A stretch of DNA of 64,000 nt from Gammaproteobacteria bacterium (GTDB taxonomy: Bacteria > Pseudomonadota > Gammaproteobacteria > Eutrophobiales > Eutrophobiaceae). Position 1 is the stretch's first letter, and each line of letters starts with the position of its first letter. The stretch lies in assembly GCA_965116495.1 (NCBI GenBank), contig OZ220696.1, positions 2,112,001 through 2,176,000 of the forward strand, written 5' to 3'. Below, one piece after another: positions 60,955 to 64,000 of this stretch. Below the pieces are notes generated by a model, which was not told the DNA's origin, searched no databases, and worked only from the letters and a program-made list of their open reading frames with translations. A program made the position numbers and the translations under genes.

Positions 60955-63026
60955 TGATGGCTCCGGAACAACGCCGGCAGCATTGCTGCCTTCTCTCTAT
61001 TGTATTAGTCCTGGCCGTATTCTGTGGCAGTACTGCAGTCTATGGGGAGATTGTGGATTTTTCAGTGACGAGTGTCGAAACCGCTTTTGGCGGAAAGACG
61101 TTCGGAAAATCGGGGCGGTACCTGAGAGTAGAGGGTGTCGCGACCGGCTTGCTTGATCCCTCTGACCCGCGCAATACCGTCATAGTTGACCTGGACAAAG
61201 CGCCTGTCGATCACAATGGTCTGGTCAAATACAAGGTGGATGTTGTCATTATGAGGCCGGAGCAGGGTGGTAACGGTTCGCTGGTCTATTCAGTGACCAA
61301 CCGCAGCCGTTTTCTGGACCTTTATTTTTTCAACTGGAACCCGGAATACCGTATTGCTTCCAATCAACTGGCTGTTGAAGACGCCGGCGATGGCCTGGTG
61401 ATGCAAGAGGGTTTTACGTTCGTCTGGAGTGCCTGGGACGGCGGTATTCAGCCGGGTGATGGGATTCTTGTGGCAGACTTTCCTGTCGCATTGGCAGATG
61501 GCAAACCTCTCGAAGGTATGAACCTTGTTGAATTTTCCGATACCGGGACAGACGCTGTTTTTACAGCGAAGCTGTCGCACCCTGTCGCCGATCAGCATAC
61601 CAGCCGGGCGACACTGACGGTACGTCAGTTTGAAGCAGATGCCAGGGATATACCGGGGGATTTGTACTTCTCCTATGAAAACGATGAAACCTTGAAAATT
61701 AACCGGCCTGCGGGTTTTGATTCCGGCGCAATTTATGAATTTATTTATCCTGCGTTCGACATTACCAGGATAAAAGGGAGTGACGGTACGGTCATAGACG
61801 AGAACGGTATCTTCGGTATTGGTTTTGCCGGCATAAGAGACCTGGTTTCCTTCCTGCGTCATGATGAAACTCAAAAGAACCCGGTGAGTGAAGCGGGGAT
61901 AAACCGGGCATTGATTTTTGGTTACTCACAATCCGGCAGGATGATAAAGGATTTTATTTATGAAGGTTTCAATGAAGATGAAAAGGGCCGGATTGTATTT
62001 GAAGGAGCCATGCCCTCTGCATCGGGCGCGGCCAGGAGTTATATTAACTGGCGTTTTGCCAAACCCGGAAACTATACAACTCAACATCGCTGGCACCTGC
62101 AACCGGGTGACCAGTTTCCTTTTACCTATGGCGTCATCCATGATCCGGTTACCGGCAAATCAGACGGTATCCTCAACAGGTGCAGCATAAGTGAAACATG
62201 CCCGAAAATCATGCATGTGGATACAGGCACGGAAATCAGGGGTAGGCGAGCGTCACTGGTCGTCACAGATCCGCTGGGCCAGGACGACCTTGTTTTGCCG
62301 GATAATGTCCGTGTTTACTGGCTGGCCTCATCGACGCACATCCCTTTCAACTTCAGGGATCTCAGCACTGCTTCGACACGGCGCCCGGGACAGCACGGGG
62401 TCGAAGTCAAGAACCTTACCAGCCCGGTGGATATCCGCCCGGTGCAGAGAGCCTTGTTCCTGGCACTTGATCACTGGATTGCGGCCGGCAGGCGCCCCCC
62501 TGAATCCAGTTACGGAAAGATCAGCGACAACACCCTGGCGCCGATGAGTCATATCGTCGAGGGTTTTCCATCACCTGTCCCCGGTTTCACCTTCACCGCA
62601 AACTATAATGCAATTCGGCAAACCGATTATGTCCTGGGCGATGATCCGTTAAACCCTTACAGGCTGGGAAAGAGTTATAAGGTGTTATTTTCTGCAATTG
62701 ACGAGATCGGTAATGAAATCCCCGGTATCCAGTTGCCGAGAGTGGCCAATCCAATCGGTACCTACACCGGTTGGAACCCGAGGGCAACCGGGCACGCAGA
62801 GAATGATCTCGCCGAATCCTTTGGTTCATGGGCCCCCTTGTCGGATACCAGAGAGTCACGTCTGGAGACGGGCGATCCACGGCTTTCACTGGAGGAACGC
62901 TATGGAGGCCATGCCGAATGGGTGGCCGGGGTGAAGCACAGTGCAGATGAACTTGTCAGAAAAGGCTATCTGTTGCCACGCGACAGGGATACTATTATTG
63001 CGCAGGCTGTACAGCAGGAGTTTTAA
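60954..63026 (+). CDS. Secreted alpha/beta hydrolase domain protein
   Basis: Signal peptide, GYSQSGR nucleophile elbow, GIGFAGIRDLVSFLR, GNEIPGIQLP, PIGTYTGWN, GDPRLSLEERY. Confidence 0.82.
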   Translation: MMAPEQRRQHCCLLSIVLVLAVFCGSTAVYGEIVDFSVTSVETAFGGKTFGKSGRYLRVEGVATGLLDPSDPRNTVIVDLDKAPVDHNGLVKYKVDVVIMRPEQGGNGSLVYSVTNRSRFLDLYFFNWNPEYRIASNQLAVEDAGDGLVMQEGFTFVWSAWDGGIQPGDGILVADFPVALADGKPLEGMNLVEFSDTGTDAVFTAKLSHPVADQHTSRATLTVRQFEADARDIPGDLYFSYENDETLKINRPAGFDSGAIYEFIYPAFDITRIKGSDGTVIDENGIFGIGFAGIRDLVSFLRHDETQKNPVSEAGINRALIFGYSQSGRMIKDFIYEGFNEDEKGRIVFEGAMPSASGAARSYINWRFAKPGNYTTQHRWHLQPGDQFPFTYGVIHDPVTGKSDGILNRCSISETCPKIMHVDTGTEIRGRRASLVVTDPLGQDDLVLPDNVRVYWLASSTHIPFNFRDLSTASTRRPGQHGVEVKNLTSPVDIRPVQRALFLALDHWIAAGRRPPESSYGKISDNTLAPMSHIVEGFPSPVPGFTFTANYNAIRQTDYVLGDDPLNPYRLGKSYKVLFSAIDEIGNEIPGIQLPRVANPIGTYTGWNPRATGHAENDLAESFGSWAPLSDTRESRLETGDPRLSLEERYGGHAEWVAGVKHSADELVRKGYLLPRDRDTIIAQAVQQEF

Positions 63027-63091
63027 ACTGTCAAGGCGATATAATTCTATTCTTCTCTGCACAAAATGTTTGATAAAAATCGAGGTTAGGA

Positions 63092-63283
63092 ATGGAGTGG
63101 GATCGTGTTAAAAATGCCCTTTACAGAATGACTGCCTTTATTTTTGGTTTCACTCTCCTTTTTGCTGGTTCCATAGTTAGCGCCGCGTCAGAAAGACCCA
63201 ATATTGTTTTTATGATGACTGATAACTTTGGATATTGTCACTGGATTGGTGTTGTTAACGGCAATGGCAAATACACACAATAA
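63092..63283 (+). pseudogene. Truncated sulfatase (signal peptide plus first motif only)
   Basis: ASERPNIVFMMTDNFGY is a typical sulfatase N-terminus; similarity ends before any CxPxR motif. Confidence 0.7.
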
Positions 63284-64000
63284 CCGTAACAGAGCCCGTG
63301 ATCTTGGATTGCCTTTTAAAGGAGAAACAGGTAGCTGGAATTCCATTACCGATATCAGCGGCGTAGAGGTTGGATACACAACTCTTATTGAAGGTGAAGG
63401 TGAAGGTGAAGTGATAGTCGGGGAGGGGCCGATACGGACTGGAGTAACAGCCATTTTGCCGCGTGGGAAACAGAAAGAACCAGGTATTGTTTGGGCCGGA
63501 CAATACAATCTCAATGGCAATGGGGAGATGACAGGCACTCACTGGATAAATGAAGCTGGATATTTTGTAGGGCCAATTTGCATCACCAATACCCATTCGG
63601 TAGGAATGGTCCATCACGCCACGGTTGGCTGGATGATTGAACAATATCAGAGTTATCTTGTTGAGGGTCATGCATGGCCCATGCCGGTAGTAGCAGAAAC
63701 ATATGATGGAATGCTTAATGATGCGTGTGGTCGCCACATAAAGGAAGTCCATGTACTAAACGCCCTGAATTCCGCGCAGAACGGTCCTGTTGAAGAGGGA
63801 AATGTCGGTGGAGGAACGGGCATGATGTCCTACGAGTTCAAAGGTGGAACGGGCACCTCCTCACGCAAGATACAGATAGCAGAAAAGGATTATATTGTTG
63901 CGAGTCTTGTACAGTCTAATTTCGGCCTCAGAGATGAGTTAAATGTTCTTGGCGTACCTGTAGGCGAGCATATTACGCAAAACGCTTTTGTTTCAGAATT
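63264..64000 (+). CDS. P1/S58 family (DmpA-like) aminopeptidase, runs off window
   Basis: Manual translation from ATG 63264: RARDLG, NSITDISGVEVG, RTGVTAILP, LNGNGEMTG, ITNTHSVG, PVVAETYDG.LND, EEGNVGGGTGM, FKGGTGTSSR, LVQSNFG. Confidence 0.9.
   Translation, partial: MANTHNNRNRARDLGLPFKGETGSWNSITDISGVEVGYTTLIEGEGEGEVIVGEGPIRTGVTAILPRGKQKEPGIVWAGQYNLNGNGEMTGTHWINEAGYFVGPICITNTHSVGMVHHATVGWMIEQYQSYLVEGHAWPMPVVAETYDGMLNDACGRHIKEVHVLNALNSAQNGPVEEGNVGGGTGMMSYEFKGGTGTSSRKIQIAEKDYIVASLVQSNFGLRDELNVLGVPVGEHITQNAFVSE

Noticed and set aside
63390-63410. GAAGGT tandem repeat in the DmpA-like gene
   Set aside because: In-frame hexamer encoding EGEGEGE in a probable loop; cannot cause phase variation.

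Overview
Chromosomal window from a Gammaproteobacterium. Bases 1-31463 are core genes: secA (5' part), M23 peptidase, dciA, the dcw cell-wall/division cluster (lpxC to mraZ; murG has a 1-bp frameshift), rnpB, rsmI/lpoA/yraN/gmhA/dolP, sspA, petABC and bamD. An integrase-free ~9.3 kb putative defence island (31565-40733) lies between bamD and nadE. Its most notable element is a 1783-aa single-chain restriction-modification enzyme (Mrr-like nuclease, SF2 helicase, amino-methyltransferase, TRD) with an extra ~100-aa helical C-terminal domain. That gene overlaps the start of a small Cys/His papain-like gene, a candidate toxin-antitoxin guard wired onto an RM enzyme. The island also encodes a secreted YHYH+PD-(D/E)XK protein, an HNH protein and an FRG-TPR protein. 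Then come nadE, sucCD, suhB/trmJ, prpD, ppdK, tRNA-Gly(CCC), thiS/thiG/trmB/cysQ, and an accessory catabolic region (GFA, amidase, SDR, LLM oxidoreductase, SnoaL, alpha/beta hydrolase, DmpA) with two deletion scars. Intergenic DNA holds several palindromic mini-repeat or MITE families, several at positions where conserved neighbours (sspB, rluD, pilSR, cysE) are missing. All family assignments come from motif recognition, not database searches.
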